Shown one piece after another: positions 1 through 9,928 of a DNA stretch of 34,782 bases. Source of the DNA: a virus (Duplodnaviria; Caudoviricetes); the IMG/VR virus record IMGVR_UViG_3300032242_000023, positions 1-34,782 of that record; one strand, 5' to 3'. Every line of letters begins with the position of its first letter. Position 1 is the stretch's first letter. The translations under genes and the position numbers were made by a program. Below the pieces are notes generated by a model, which was given only the letters and a program-made list of their open reading frames with translations, did no database searches and had not been told where the DNA came from.

Positions 1-123
1 TCTGATGGTAAGCGTTATGTTTGGGCTAAAGCTGGCTCAACCATTGCTGCTTCTACTGCAACTTGCTCTATTAACACTACGACTTTCGTAGCAACTGGCG
101 GTGCTGGTACTTATGCTGGCCCA
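1..123. repeat. Direct terminal repeat, copy 1 (circular assembly overlap)
   Basis: 1-123 (tctgatggta...gctggccca) is identical to 34660-34782. Confidence 0.97.
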
Positions 124-177
124 ACAGTAGCTATGGCTTCTGGTGATTATGGCTGGTTTGGTGCAGCTTCTGTTTAA
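1..177 (+). CDS. 3' part of a 98-aa gene spanning the circular junction; putative capsid decoration/cement protein
   Basis: Frame 1 is open from base 1 to TAA 175-177 and continues the ATG at 34540 in frame; small A/G/T-rich protein directly after the major capsid gene and before a terminator. Confidence 0.7.
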   Translation, partial: SDGKRYVWAKAGSTIAASTATCSINTTTFVATGGAGTYAGPTVAMASGDYGWFGAASV

Positions 178-214
178 TAGGTTATCCCTTTTAAATTGAA
201 AATGTAGTAAAACT

Positions 215-248
215 GGGACTTCCTCACAAGGGGAGTCCCTTTTCTTTT
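215..248 (+). terminator. Rho-independent terminator after the capsid/decoration genes
   Basis: GGGACTTCCT (215-224) pairs with GGGGAGTCCC (230-239, with G-U pairs), followed by TTTTCTTTT. Confidence 0.85.
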
Positions 249-282
249 AACCGTAGTACCTAAACCACTTTAGGAGAATTAA

Positions 283-909
283 ATGGCTATCGAATCTGAT
301 GTTGGACACCCAGATGCAAGACTTCATGTCACTTTTTACAAAAGAGCATTAGAAATCAAAGACGAAACGGCTGCCCAAGGCAGACCAATTTTCAAAGAGT
401 ACGATTTTGTAAAGATTTTAGTTCCAGGCGATGCTTTAAATGAGATTGACACCATTGCCAGAGAAGGCCATAAAGAGCGTTTTCCACGCCAATGGGCTGC
501 TTATATCAATAAAGTAGGTACAGATGAAGGCTTTATTGGCACTCCTTTGTCCCAATGGCCTTTAATTAGCATTTCCCAAGCTGAAGAACTCAAAGGTATT
601 AAATTCCACACAGTAGAATCTATTGCCCATAGCTCTGATGCCCAATTACAAAAGATTGGCATGATCGCTGGTATGTCCCCCCATACTTTCCGTGATAAAG
701 CCAAGGCTTTTCTTAATTTAGCTAATGAATCTGCTGAAATTTCCAAGCGTGAGGAAGAAGTTGCACAGCTAAAGGAAGAAAATGCTAAAATTAGGGCAGA
801 AACTGATGCGAAGCTGGCTCAAATGCAAGAACAAATGACAGCGATACTTGCGGCAGTTGGTGAGAAGAAACCCAAAACTCGTAAACCAAAAGTCGTAGAG
901 GAAGCCTAA
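283..909 (+). CDS. Hypothetical protein with C-terminal coiled coil, in the virion morphogenesis module
   Basis: 208-aa ORF with TAGGAG RBS, between capsid and adaptor genes; function not recognised. Confidence 0.75.
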   Translation: MAIESDVGHPDARLHVTFYKRALEIKDETAAQGRPIFKEYDFVKILVPGDALNEIDTIAREGHKERFPRQWAAYINKVGTDEGFIGTPLSQWPLISISQAEELKGIKFHTVESIAHSSDAQLQKIGMIAGMSPHTFRDKAKAFLNLANESAEISKREEEVAQLKEENAKIRAETDAKLAQMQEQMTAILAAVGEKKPKTRKPKVVEEA

Positions 910-910
910 T

Positions 911-1828
911 ATGTCATCAACCATGCTCCAGCTTGTACAGCAAGTTACAGGTGAACTTAACCTTAACGTGCCAAGCGTAGTCGTTGGTAATCAATCGCAA
1001 GACGTACAACAGATTTTAGCTCTGATGAACGCTGCTGGTTACGAATTGACTAAGGAGCATGATTGGCAGGCTCTTGAAAAAGAATATCGTTTCTATACTC
1101 AGTATTTGAATACTACAGGCACAACCACTAATGGCGGTTATACCATTAGTAACGTAACCTCCACTAGCGGTACTGTGGCTGTATCAGCTTTAGATTCAAC
1201 TTATTCCGTAACAGGCTATAACGTACCCCAAGATACTTATGTAACTGGCGTATCGGGTACTGATGTAACAGTAGGTCAAAAGCTTAGTGGTGCTGGTAAT
1301 GGCGCTATTCTGTTTGCAAAGACAGAATACGACCTTCCTGCTGACTTTGAAACCATTACAGACAATACCCATTGGGACAAAACTAAGCATTGGCAGATGT
1401 TAGGGCCAGAAGATGCTCAACAATGGCAATGGTTAAAGTCTGGTTATATCTCAACAGGGCCTCGTGTCCGGTGGCGTATTTTGGGCGGTCAATTCCAAAT
1501 ATGGCCTCCAATGAATACCCAAGAGTATTTAGGCTTTGAATATCGTTCTAAAGGATGGGCTGAATCTGCTTCAGGTCAAGTAAAGAATAGCTTTACTGCT
1601 GACTCAGATACTACATTCTTTGATGATCGTGTTATGGTTTTGTATACAAAACTTAAATACTTCCAAATTAAATCATTTGACACTACTGCGTTGCAACAAG
1701 ATTATTCAAGATATTTAATGATTGCAAAAGCTAACGATAAAGGCTCTGCTACTTTATCGTTTGCCCCATATCCAACCAAGGTGCTTATTGGCTACGCTAA
1801 TATCCCTGATACTGGTTATGGTACTTAA
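911..1828 (+). CDS. Putative head-tail adaptor / tail tubular protein A-like, with internal beta-rich insertion
   Basis: N-terminal MLQLVQQVTGEL..ILALMNAAGYEL..W and EYDLPADF segment typical of adaptors; directly upstream of the nozzle gene. Confidence 0.65.
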   Translation: MSSTMLQLVQQVTGELNLNVPSVVVGNQSQDVQQILALMNAAGYELTKEHDWQALEKEYRFYTQYLNTTGTTTNGGYTISNVTSTSGTVAVSALDSTYSVTGYNVPQDTYVTGVSGTDVTVGQKLSGAGNGAILFAKTEYDLPADFETITDNTHWDKTKHWQMLGPEDAQQWQWLKSGYISTGPRVRWRILGGQFQIWPPMNTQEYLGFEYRSKGWAESASGQVKNSFTADSDTTFFDDRVMVLYTKLKYFQIKSFDTTALQQDYSRYLMIAKANDKGSATLSFAPYPTKVLIGYANIPDTGYGT

Positions 1829-1830
1829 TC

Positions 1831-3591
1831 ATGGCAGTAGCAAAAAAGTTTACTGCTAAGACTTCCTCTTTGCCATCACCTATTGGTGGATGGAACGCTA
1901 GAGATTCTTTGGCGGAAATGGCTGCTACAGACGCAGTAACATTAACAAATTGGTTTCCTACGCCTACTGACGTAACACTCAGAAAAGGCTATACAAAGTA
2001 TTCCACAGGCATTACAGGTGATGTTAATAGTTTAATGAACTATGCTGGGCCATCAAGCCAAACCTTGTTTGCTGCTGCTGGATCAAGCATTTATAACTGT
2101 AATACTTCTACAGCTTCTGTAGTTGCTACAGGGCTTACAAACTCTAAGTTTCAGCACGTTAATATTGCTACGCCAGGCGGAAGCTTTCTTGTTGCTTGTA
2201 ATGGTGCTGATGCTGTACAAATTTATGATGGCACTAGCTGGTTTAAAGTAGCCACAACTACGACAGCACAAACCATTCTTACAATTACTGGTTCAGGAAC
2301 TACAGCAACATTAACTACTGCTGCTGCACATGGATTGGTAACAGGTAATAGAGTAACCATTTCAGGTGCTACTCCTGCTGCTTATAACGGCACTTTTGTT
2401 ATTACAGTAACTAGCACTACAACCTTTACTTACACAATGTTAAGTACCCCTGGCATAAATGCTTCAGCAGTTGGTACTTATTCAGTTATTGGTATTACTG
2501 GCGTAAACAGTAACACATTTGTTAATGTGAATTTGTTTAAAAACAGGTTATATTTTACTCAAATTAATACCCTTAAATGCTGGTATTTAGACGTTAATGC
2601 TATTGGTGGCGCTGCCAATCCACTTGATTTTGGTTCTATTGCTCGTAATGGTGGCTTTTTGCAAGCCATGGGTACATGGACACTTGACGCTGGTCAAGGC
2701 GCTGACGATTACGCAGTATTTGTAACCAATATGGGCGAGGTTATCGTTTATAACGGCACAGATCCTACTAGTTCAACTACATGGGCTTTAAAAGGCGTTT
2801 GGCAATTAGGTCAAACCTTTAATCGTAGATGCTTCTTTAAATGGTCTGGCGATCTTTTATTACTTACTCAAGATGGTCTTGTGCCTTTGGCTTCTGCGTT
2901 GCAATCTAGCCGTTTAGATCCTAGGGTAAACCTTACAGATAAGATTTACTTTGCTGTTTCTTTAGCAGCATCTAATTATTATGACAATTTTGGTTGGCAA
3001 GTTAATTACTTTGCTGCTGAAAATATGCTCATTTTGAACATTCCAATTAGCGGTGGAACACAGCAATATGTAATGCACACCATTACAAAATCATGGGCTA
3101 ACTTTACCGGCATTAATGCCAATTGCTTTGAAACATCAGGCAAAGCAGGTATGTATTTTGGTTCAAATGGCTTTGTAGGCAAGTTTTATGATGGTTTATC
3201 TGACGCTGGCAATAACATTACTGCCACATCTCAGCAAGCATATAGCTATTTTGATACACCAGGACAGTTAAAACGCTACACAATGGTTCGCCCTATTCTT
3301 CAATCTAGCGGTGGTGTACCAGGCGTTTTTGTAGGTTTAAGCGTAGATTTTGATACACAAAGTCAATTAGGGGCTGTTAATTTTAATCCAGGTAATGCTA
3401 GTACAGGTAGCTGGGACTCTGCTGTATGGGATACGGCTGTATGGGCCGGTGGCTTAGTGACTACAAAAATATGGCAAGGTGTTACAGGCATTGGGTTTGC
3501 AGCATCTATTAACCTTAATGTTGCATCGCAAAATATTGAATTGCATTGGGCATCAACCGATTATGTAATGGAAGCAGGTGGTGTTCTTTGA
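1831..3591 (+). CDS. Putative tail nozzle / packaged-DNA stabilisation protein (P22 gp10 / T7 gp12-like)
   Basis: 586 aa with PIGGWNARDSL start, LRKGY and FKNRLYF segments; beta-rich; podovirus synteny. Confidence 0.7.
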   Translation: MAVAKKFTAKTSSLPSPIGGWNARDSLAEMAATDAVTLTNWFPTPTDVTLRKGYTKYSTGITGDVNSLMNYAGPSSQTLFAAAGSSIYNCNTSTASVVATGLTNSKFQHVNIATPGGSFLVACNGADAVQIYDGTSWFKVATTTTAQTILTITGSGTTATLTTAAAHGLVTGNRVTISGATPAAYNGTFVITVTSTTTFTYTMLSTPGINASAVGTYSVIGITGVNSNTFVNVNLFKNRLYFTQINTLKCWYLDVNAIGGAANPLDFGSIARNGGFLQAMGTWTLDAGQGADDYAVFVTNMGEVIVYNGTDPTSSTTWALKGVWQLGQTFNRRCFFKWSGDLLLLTQDGLVPLASALQSSRLDPRVNLTDKIYFAVSLAASNYYDNFGWQVNYFAAENMLILNIPISGGTQQYVMHTITKSWANFTGINANCFETSGKAGMYFGSNGFVGKFYDGLSDAGNNITATSQQAYSYFDTPGQLKRYTMVRPILQSSGGVPGVFVGLSVDFDTQSQLGAVNFNPGNASTGSWDSAVWDTAVWAGGLVTTKIWQGVTGIGFAASINLNVASQNIELHWASTDYVMEAGGVL

Positions 3592-4019
3592 TTGTTTTTG
3601 ATAATCAAGAATATCTATTTGAATGGGCTAGTAAAAGGTTAGATTTACCGTCACAGGCGGCATATTGCATTGGTAATGTAATAGATGATGAACTTAGGGC
3701 TGTAGTGGTTTATTGTGGTTTGGCTGGTAATTCATGCCAAATCCATATAGCTTCTGAGGGAAGTCATTGGATGAGTAAAGATTTATTATGGGTAGCTTTT
3801 GATTACCCTTTTAATAAATTGGGACTAAAGGTTATAATAGGCACAATTGCAGGGAATAATGAAAAATCCCTTAGATTGAGCCGACACCTTGGTTTCCAAG
3901 AAATAGCAACAATCCCTGACGCACATGACGAAGGGGATTTAGTGATTTTTGGGATGCGACCTGAGTTTTGTAAATACTTAAAACTTAACGCATCATTAAA
4001 GAAACAATTAGGAGTTTGA
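3588..4019 (+). CDS. GNAT-fold acetyltransferase-like virion morphogenesis protein
   Basis: TTG start overlapping the upstream TGA (TTGA); GNAT-like motif N.KSLRLSRHLGFQE; position between nozzle and ejection genes. Confidence 0.75.
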   Translation: MIVFDNQEYLFEWASKRLDLPSQAAYCIGNVIDDELRAVVVYCGLAGNSCQIHIASEGSHWMSKDLLWVAFDYPFNKLGLKVIIGTIAGNNEKSLRLSRHLGFQEIATIPDAHDEGDLVIFGMRPEFCKYLKLNASLKKQLGV

Positions 4020-4020
4020 C

Positions 4021-4878
4021 ATGGGTGCAGGCAACAACGTATTTAACGGAGCAGTAAACAACGCAGGAGCGCAATTTGCTGGCTCATCTGATCCTTATGT
4101 TAAGGCAGCTTTAGCCACTACTTCTGGCAATATTGCCGGAGCGCAACAAGCAACTGCTGCTAACCGTGTAAATCAAAATACCCCTTATGCAAGCCTTAAT
4201 TACCAGCAAACTGGTACAGATGCTTATGGCAATCCTATTTGGTCAGCTAATCAATCATTAAACCCACAACTTCAAGGTTCATTAAATAACCTATCGCAAA
4301 ATGTAGCACAAACTACACAAAATGCGTTTAATCCTACTAATTTACCAAGCACAGGTATTAACCCTGGCGAATCATATTCTGATGCAATTATGCGTAGATT
4401 GCAGCCACAGATGGCTCAGTCTAAGGAAATGAATGATGCACAATTGGCTAATCAAGGTATTGTTCCTGGCACACAAGCCTATGACAATGCAATGCGTACC
4501 TTTAACCAACAACAAAATGACTTGCTTACAAGCGCTCAAATTGGTGGTATTGGTGTAGGCACAACAGCTAATCAACAAGCATTTAACCAACAATTACAGA
4601 CATATAACAACCCATTACAACAATTGGGTGCGTTCCAATCTGCAACAACCCCTGGTTACATTACTCCTTATAACCAAGCTGCTGTATCTGGCCCTGATGT
4701 ATTGGGTGCTACAGCTACTTCTAATGCTGCTGCACTTGCACAACAAAACGCTAATTTAGCTCGTACTACCGGCACACAATCTGGTTTATATAATTTAGGA
4801 TCTAGCTATTTATTAGGTGGTGGCGGAACACAACTTGCCAATGGATTAAGTGGTTTAGCCTCATATTTGGGCGGTTAA
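4021..4878 (+). CDS. Putative internal virion / DNA ejection protein
   Basis: A/Q/N/G-rich 285 aa with NRVNQNTPY and LANQGI.PG..AY segments; first gene after GNAT; AGGAG RBS. Confidence 0.6.
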   Translation: MGAGNNVFNGAVNNAGAQFAGSSDPYVKAALATTSGNIAGAQQATAANRVNQNTPYASLNYQQTGTDAYGNPIWSANQSLNPQLQGSLNNLSQNVAQTTQNAFNPTNLPSTGINPGESYSDAIMRRLQPQMAQSKEMNDAQLANQGIVPGTQAYDNAMRTFNQQQNDLLTSAQIGGIGVGTTANQQAFNQQLQTYNNPLQQLGAFQSATTPGYITPYNQAAVSGPDVLGATATSNAAALAQQNANLARTTGTQSGLYNLGSSYLLGGGGTQLANGLSGLASYLGG

Positions 4879-4884
4879 TTCAAT

Positions 4885-6321
4885 ATGTCTATTGATTCCC
4901 TATATCAACAATATTTGGGTCGTGGTGTAGATCCTTCTGGCGCTGCAACATACGCTGGATGGAGCGATCAGGATATTCAAAATGCCATTATGGGCAGCCC
5001 TGAATATGCTCAACATCAACAACAATCAGCTCCACAACAACAGCAACAACCACAGCAACCACAACAACAATCTGGCGGTGGTGCTGATATTAATTCTATT
5101 TATCAACAGTATTTAGGGCGTGGCGTAGATCCAAGTGGCGCTGCTACTTATGCTGGCTGGAATCCTCAAGATATTATTAATGCTATCAAAGGCAGTCCTG
5201 AGTATGCACAATCTCATGGTGGCGGTGGTAGCAATGGAGTTCAAGCCCCTCTTGGCGCAAATCCACAAGATTTAGCTAATCAAGTTTTTTCAGCTTATAA
5301 AACTAATTCAAATTACGATCAACAACTAAACGAATTAAATAGTTTGGCAAATACTGATCCTGCTGCTTACTATAAAGCTAGGATTGGTTTGATTGGTAAT
5401 ATGATGGGTTGGCAATCAGGTCAAAATACAGGCGATAGAAATACTGTATATCAGAATGAACTTAATAGTTATTTGCCAGGCGCTAAAGCAGCAGGACTTT
5501 CTGATGCTGAAATTAATGCTTTAATTACTCAAAATTCAGCTTCTGCAAATCAACAAAACCAACAAAGAATTGCACAAGATGCAGCTAAAGGCAATGGCTG
5601 GGTAAATCAAAATATACCAGGTGGATGGGGTACTGTTGCTGGAGCAGCAGCTCTTGGTCTTGGTGGCGCTGGAGCATTAGGATTGCTTGGAGAAGGTGCT
5701 GCATTAGGTGCTGAAGGTGCTGGCGCAGTAACTCAAGCATTGCCTTATACATCTTCTTTTGACGCTGCTAATCTATTTGCAAATGGCATTACGGATTCAG
5801 CTCAATTAGGTGACATTTTAACATCTACTGGAATTGATCCATTTTTAGCTGCTGATATGGGTAACTTAGCTTCCCAAGGATTAAGCGCAGATCAAATTTC
5901 ACAGATATTAGGTTATTCATATACTCCTGCTGAATTAGCTGGAACTGGCATTGATGCTTTAGGAACTGCCGCAGGCGGTAATGCTCTTGCTGATTTATTA
6001 AAAAACGCTAAATCCGTTATAGGTTCTAGCGCACCTTTAATGAAAGCTTTAGGAAAAACTGGTGGTGCTTCTGCACTTGCTGGTGCTTTAAAAAACCCTA
6101 CAGGTGCAACTGGTGGTACAGCATCAAATGGAATTGGAGCAACCTTTGCACAAGCTAAAGGCAACCAAAATCCATTTAACTTTGGCGCACAAACCCCAGT
6201 AGCGTCTGCACCCCAAACAAAAGGCGATCCTTTTGCAGCATTAAACGTACAACAAATGACTCCGCAGCAACAATATAATCCGTTGGCTGCTTTATTAAAA
6301 GAAGGAATATATCGTGGCTGA
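4885..6321 (+). CDS. Putative ejection protein with two N-terminal DUF4214-like repeats and an A/G-rich hydrophobic segment
   Basis: YQQYLGRGVDPSGAATYAGW..I.NAI.GSPEYAQ occurs twice with a poly-Q linker; hydrophobic GWGTVAGAAALGLGGAGALGLLG. Confidence 0.6.
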   Translation: MSIDSLYQQYLGRGVDPSGAATYAGWSDQDIQNAIMGSPEYAQHQQQSAPQQQQQPQQPQQQSGGGADINSIYQQYLGRGVDPSGAATYAGWNPQDIINAIKGSPEYAQSHGGGGSNGVQAPLGANPQDLANQVFSAYKTNSNYDQQLNELNSLANTDPAAYYKARIGLIGNMMGWQSGQNTGDRNTVYQNELNSYLPGAKAAGLSDAEINALITQNSASANQQNQQRIAQDAAKGNGWVNQNIPGGWGTVAGAAALGLGGAGALGLLGEGAALGAEGAGAVTQALPYTSSFDAANLFANGITDSAQLGDILTSTGIDPFLAADMGNLASQGLSADQISQILGYSYTPAELAGTGIDALGTAAGGNALADLLKNAKSVIGSSAPLMKALGKTGGASALAGALKNPTGATGGTASNGIGATFAQAKGNQNPFNFGAQTPVASAPQTKGDPFAALNVQQMTPQQQYNPLAALLKEGIYRG

Positions 6322-7441
6322 ACCATTTTTAACTGATGCAGCAATTATGGGTTCTTCTCCTGAAGCATCTGATATTCAACGTCAGCGTAAATTAGCTGAT
6401 CTTTTGACTGCTAATGCGTTTAATCAGCCACAAGGTCAAATGATTTCAGGTCATTATGTGCCACCTTCATGGACTCAACAATTAGCTCCATTGGTTAGTG
6501 GTTTATCAGGATCTATGCTTGGTTCAAACGTAGAGAAAAAACAAGAGGCTTTGGCACAGCAGTTGCGTGGTGAAAAATCTAAAGCATTTACAGAATTCCA
6601 AACATTAATGTCTGATCCTGCTACACGCCCAGAAGCCATGAAATTTGCTGCTGGCAATCAATTCTTGCAACCTATAGTTGCAGATATGATGAAACCACAA
6701 AAGCTTGGTGAAGGTGAAAACCTTGTATTGCCTACAATGGGTGGAGCGCCTATTAATTTAGCATCCGGTGGAATCAAAAATCCTACGGAATTGGCTACGG
6801 CAATGGGATTGCTTGGAATTAAAAAGCCAGTAGATCAATTGTCATCACAAGAATTACAAGCAGTTAATTCAAAAGTAATGCAATTAAAACAAGCTGGCGC
6901 TAATAACATGAACATTAACATGGGCCAACATGGTTTTGATAATGCTCTTAAATTGCGTGAAAACTTTAAATCTGAGCCTGTATATAAAGGCTTTACAGAA
7001 GTTCAAAGTGCTAATAATCAAATTAAACAAGCTGCTGCAATGAAATCTCCTGCTGGTGATTTAGCTGCCGCTACTAAAATAATGAAAATTCTTGATCCAG
7101 GTTCTGTGGTTCGTGAGTCTGAATTGGGCATGGCAATGCAAGCTACAGGGGTAGAAGATAAAGTTAAAAATTATGCTTCAATGGTTATTAATGGCACAAA
7201 ACTAACAGAATCGCAACGCAAAGATTTTGTTTCTTTAGCTGAAAAATTAACAAATGCTGCTGGCACTCAATTTAATGAAAAACGTAATGAATATGAACAA
7301 ATTGCAGCAGCTAATGGATTAAGTGTTCCAGCATCTGTTCCTCCAGCAGCAAAGTTAAATACACCAACTAATGCTCCAGTAACAGGTATTGCCCCAGGTT
7401 CATTAGATGCAGAACTTAAGCGCAGAGGATTATTAAAATAA
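6314..7441 (+). CDS. Putative DNA ejection protein
   Basis: GTG start with AAGGA RBS; QRQRKLA.LL, GQMISGHYVPPSW.Q and KILDPGSVVRESE segments; synteny. Confidence 0.6.
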   Translation: MAEPFLTDAAIMGSSPEASDIQRQRKLADLLTANAFNQPQGQMISGHYVPPSWTQQLAPLVSGLSGSMLGSNVEKKQEALAQQLRGEKSKAFTEFQTLMSDPATRPEAMKFAAGNQFLQPIVADMMKPQKLGEGENLVLPTMGGAPINLASGGIKNPTELATAMGLLGIKKPVDQLSSQELQAVNSKVMQLKQAGANNMNINMGQHGFDNALKLRENFKSEPVYKGFTEVQSANNQIKQAAAMKSPAGDLAAATKIMKILDPGSVVRESELGMAMQATGVEDKVKNYASMVINGTKLTESQRKDFVSLAEKLTNAAGTQFNEKRNEYEQIAAANGLSVPASVPPAAKLNTPTNAPVTGIAPGSLDAELKRRGLLK

Positions 7442-9117
7442 TGGCTGATTTAAGCAAATTATCTGATGCTGATTTATTGGCTTTAAAAGCCGGAGATATA
7501 ACAAAAGTTTCCGATCAAGGTTTATTGCTTTTAAAAAGCGAAGAACCTACGGCTACTGTACAAGTTACATCCCCACAAGGTCAGCCAATACAGCCACAGC
7601 AATTTGCTGAAACTGGCGGTGGCGCAGCAATGGGTAGACCAATTAATCGTGGTCAATTAAATGTTCAATCAGAACCTCGCCCATTAGAATCAGCATTAGC
7701 TGGCGTAACAAAGTCAGCTATAGATCCTATTGTTGCCGCTACACAATTAGGAACTGGTGGTGCTACAAGCCCATTTGCACAAAACTTAGCTAATCAAGCT
7801 AAGACTTATGAACAAGCTAACCCAGGGTCTTATCTTGGTGGTAGGATTGCTGGAACATTATTGCCTGCTGCTGGAATGGCAAAAGCGGCTATGTTGCCTT
7901 CTTTTGCAAAAATGAATCCATTGGCACAAAATGTTTTATTAGGATCTACTACTGGGGCTTTGACTCCAGAAGAAACTGGTAAAACTGGTCAAGAGATGTA
8001 CAAAGAGCAAGCAAAACAAGGACTTATAGGCGGTGGTTTAGGGGCTGCTTTAACTCCATTGCAAAAGCTTGGTGGTATATTGCGTGGCCCAGAGCAACCA
8101 GCACAAATGGCTGGTGCAGTAGAAAAAGCTCGTGAAGCTGGATATGTCATTCCTCCTACACAAGCTAGAGCTGATCTTGCTAATCGTTTGATGGAAGGCA
8201 TTGCTGGTAAAGCAACTACAGCACAAAACGCTTCTGCAAAGAACCAAGAAGTAACCCATAAGTTAGTAGCTAAGTCTTTAGGTTTGCCAGAAAACGAAGT
8301 AATTTTGCCTGAAGTATTAAAGGATTTGCGTTCAACTGCTGGTCAAGCTTATGCAAAACTAGAAAACATTGGCACAATTACTCCTGGCAAAGAATATTTA
8401 GAAAGCCTTAATAAGATTGCTGGCAAAGCAACTAAAGCACAAGAAGGTTTCCCAAATGCTCCTGAGAGTCCTATTATTGGATTAGTAGATTCTTTAAAAT
8501 CTAAATCTTTTGATTCTGCTTCTGCAATAGCAAAAATTGAAGATTTAAGAAATACAGCTAATAAAGCTTATGCTTCTGGAGATACTGCATTAGGTCGTGC
8601 CGCTAAAGACGCTTCTAATTTGCTTGAAAATACTATTGAAAAGCATTTAGAAACCACAAATTCTACGGCTTTGCTTAAAGAGTTTCGTGATGCACGTCAA
8701 TTAATTGCTAAATCTTATTCAGTAGAAAAAGCATTAAACCCAGCATCCGGAACAGTAGATGCAAGGCAATTAGCTGCACAACTAAAACGTGGTAAACCAT
8801 TGTCTGAAGAACTTAAAACTGTTGCTCAATTTGCTGGTCAATTTCCTAAAGCTGCACAAGTTACAGAAAAAATGGGTAGCTTGCCACAGATTAGCCCAGT
8901 AGATATGTTTGCTGGTGGTTTAGCGTCATTATTAACTAGCCCTGCTGCTATGGCTGGCGTTGCTGCAAGACCAGCTTTAAGAGCTGCTGCATTGTCTGAG
9001 CCTATTCAAAATAGATTAATACAGGGCGCTAAAATGAGTCCTGACCAAGCTGCTATGGCAAAACTTTTAGCTGTTAAATCAGCGCAGAATATGATTAAAG
9101 GAGTTTCAAATGAGTAG
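7441..9117 (+). CDS. Putative large DNA ejection/transfer protein (P22 gp16-like position)
   Basis: 558 aa, A/L/G-rich and helical, N-terminal DLSKLSDADLLAL; last gene before the fibre. Confidence 0.6.
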   Translation: MADLSKLSDADLLALKAGDITKVSDQGLLLLKSEEPTATVQVTSPQGQPIQPQQFAETGGGAAMGRPINRGQLNVQSEPRPLESALAGVTKSAIDPIVAATQLGTGGATSPFAQNLANQAKTYEQANPGSYLGGRIAGTLLPAAGMAKAAMLPSFAKMNPLAQNVLLGSTTGALTPEETGKTGQEMYKEQAKQGLIGGGLGAALTPLQKLGGILRGPEQPAQMAGAVEKAREAGYVIPPTQARADLANRLMEGIAGKATTAQNASAKNQEVTHKLVAKSLGLPENEVILPEVLKDLRSTAGQAYAKLENIGTITPGKEYLESLNKIAGKATKAQEGFPNAPESPIIGLVDSLKSKSFDSASAIAKIEDLRNTANKAYASGDTALGRAAKDASNLLENTIEKHLETTNSTALLKEFRDARQLIAKSYSVEKALNPASGTVDARQLAAQLKRGKPLSEELKTVAQFAGQFPKAAQVTEKMGSLPQISPVDMFAGGLASLLTSPAAMAGVAARPALRAAALSEPIQNRLIQGAKMSPDQAAMAKLLAVKSAQNMIKGVSNE

Positions 9118-9928
9118 GAACGGTTCAGGTACATATTCACTACCAAGTGGAAATCCAGTTGTTTCAGGAACAACGATTACATCAACATGGGCTAATACAA
9201 CCCTAAATGATATGGCTAATGCCCTTACTGGATCTTTAGCTAGTGATGGTCAAACTCCTTTAACTGGTAGTTTAAATGCTGGCGGCAATCAAATTACCAA
9301 TGCTGGCGATCCTACTACAGCACAAGCAGTAGCTACTAAAAACTATGTTGATGTGGCTGTTAGTGGCATTGGAAGCACTTATTTAACTAAGGCAAACAAT
9401 TTATCTGATGTAGCAAGCGCTACAACATCTCGTGCAAACTTGGTAGCAGCTAAAAGTGGTTCAAATTCAGACATTACTAATTTAACAGCTCTTGTTAATG
9501 CTTCTATTTCAGGTAGCACAACTGCATCAGCTTTAACTACTCCTAACATTGTTGAGCCTGTAACTGTAAACGCTTCAGCGCCTACATCTACAACAACTTA
9601 TGATGTTGCAACACAATCTGTTGTTTATTACACATCTAATAACACAACAAACTTTACGCTTAACATTCGTGGTTCTAGCTCTACATCATTAAATACATTG
9701 TTGGCTACAGGACAATCCGTAACATTGACGTTAATGGTTACTAACGGAACTACTGCTTATTACCCTAACGTCATTCAAATTGACGGCACAACTGTAACTG
9801 TCAAATGGCAAAATGCTACAGCTATTTCTGCTGGAAACCCTAGCTGCATAGATGTATATTGTTTTGCTGTTATTAAAACTGGATCTGCCGCTTATACCGT
9901 AATCGGCTCACAAAGTAAGTTCGCATAA
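9110..9928 (+). CDS. Putative tail fibre / spike with N-terminal tail-attachment segment
   Basis: MSRNGSGTYSLP.GNPVVSGTTI.S.WAN.T..D start; ATKNYVD and KANNLSDVAS fibre motifs; AAGGAG RBS. Confidence 0.7.
   Translation: MSRNGSGTYSLPSGNPVVSGTTITSTWANTTLNDMANALTGSLASDGQTPLTGSLNAGGNQITNAGDPTTAQAVATKNYVDVAVSGIGSTYLTKANNLSDVASATTSRANLVAAKSGSNSDITNLTALVNASISGSTTASALTTPNIVEPVTVNASAPTSTTTYDVATQSVVYYTSNNTTNFTLNIRGSSSTSLNTLLATGQSVTLTLMVTNGTTAYYPNVIQIDGTTVTVKWQNATAISAGNPSCIDVYCFAVIKTGSAAYTVIGSQSKFA

Noticed and set aside
1-123. Biological terminal repeat (T7-like DTR)
   Set aside because: The repeat falls mid-gene and far from the terminase region; an assembler overlap of a circular or permuted genome is the simpler explanation.
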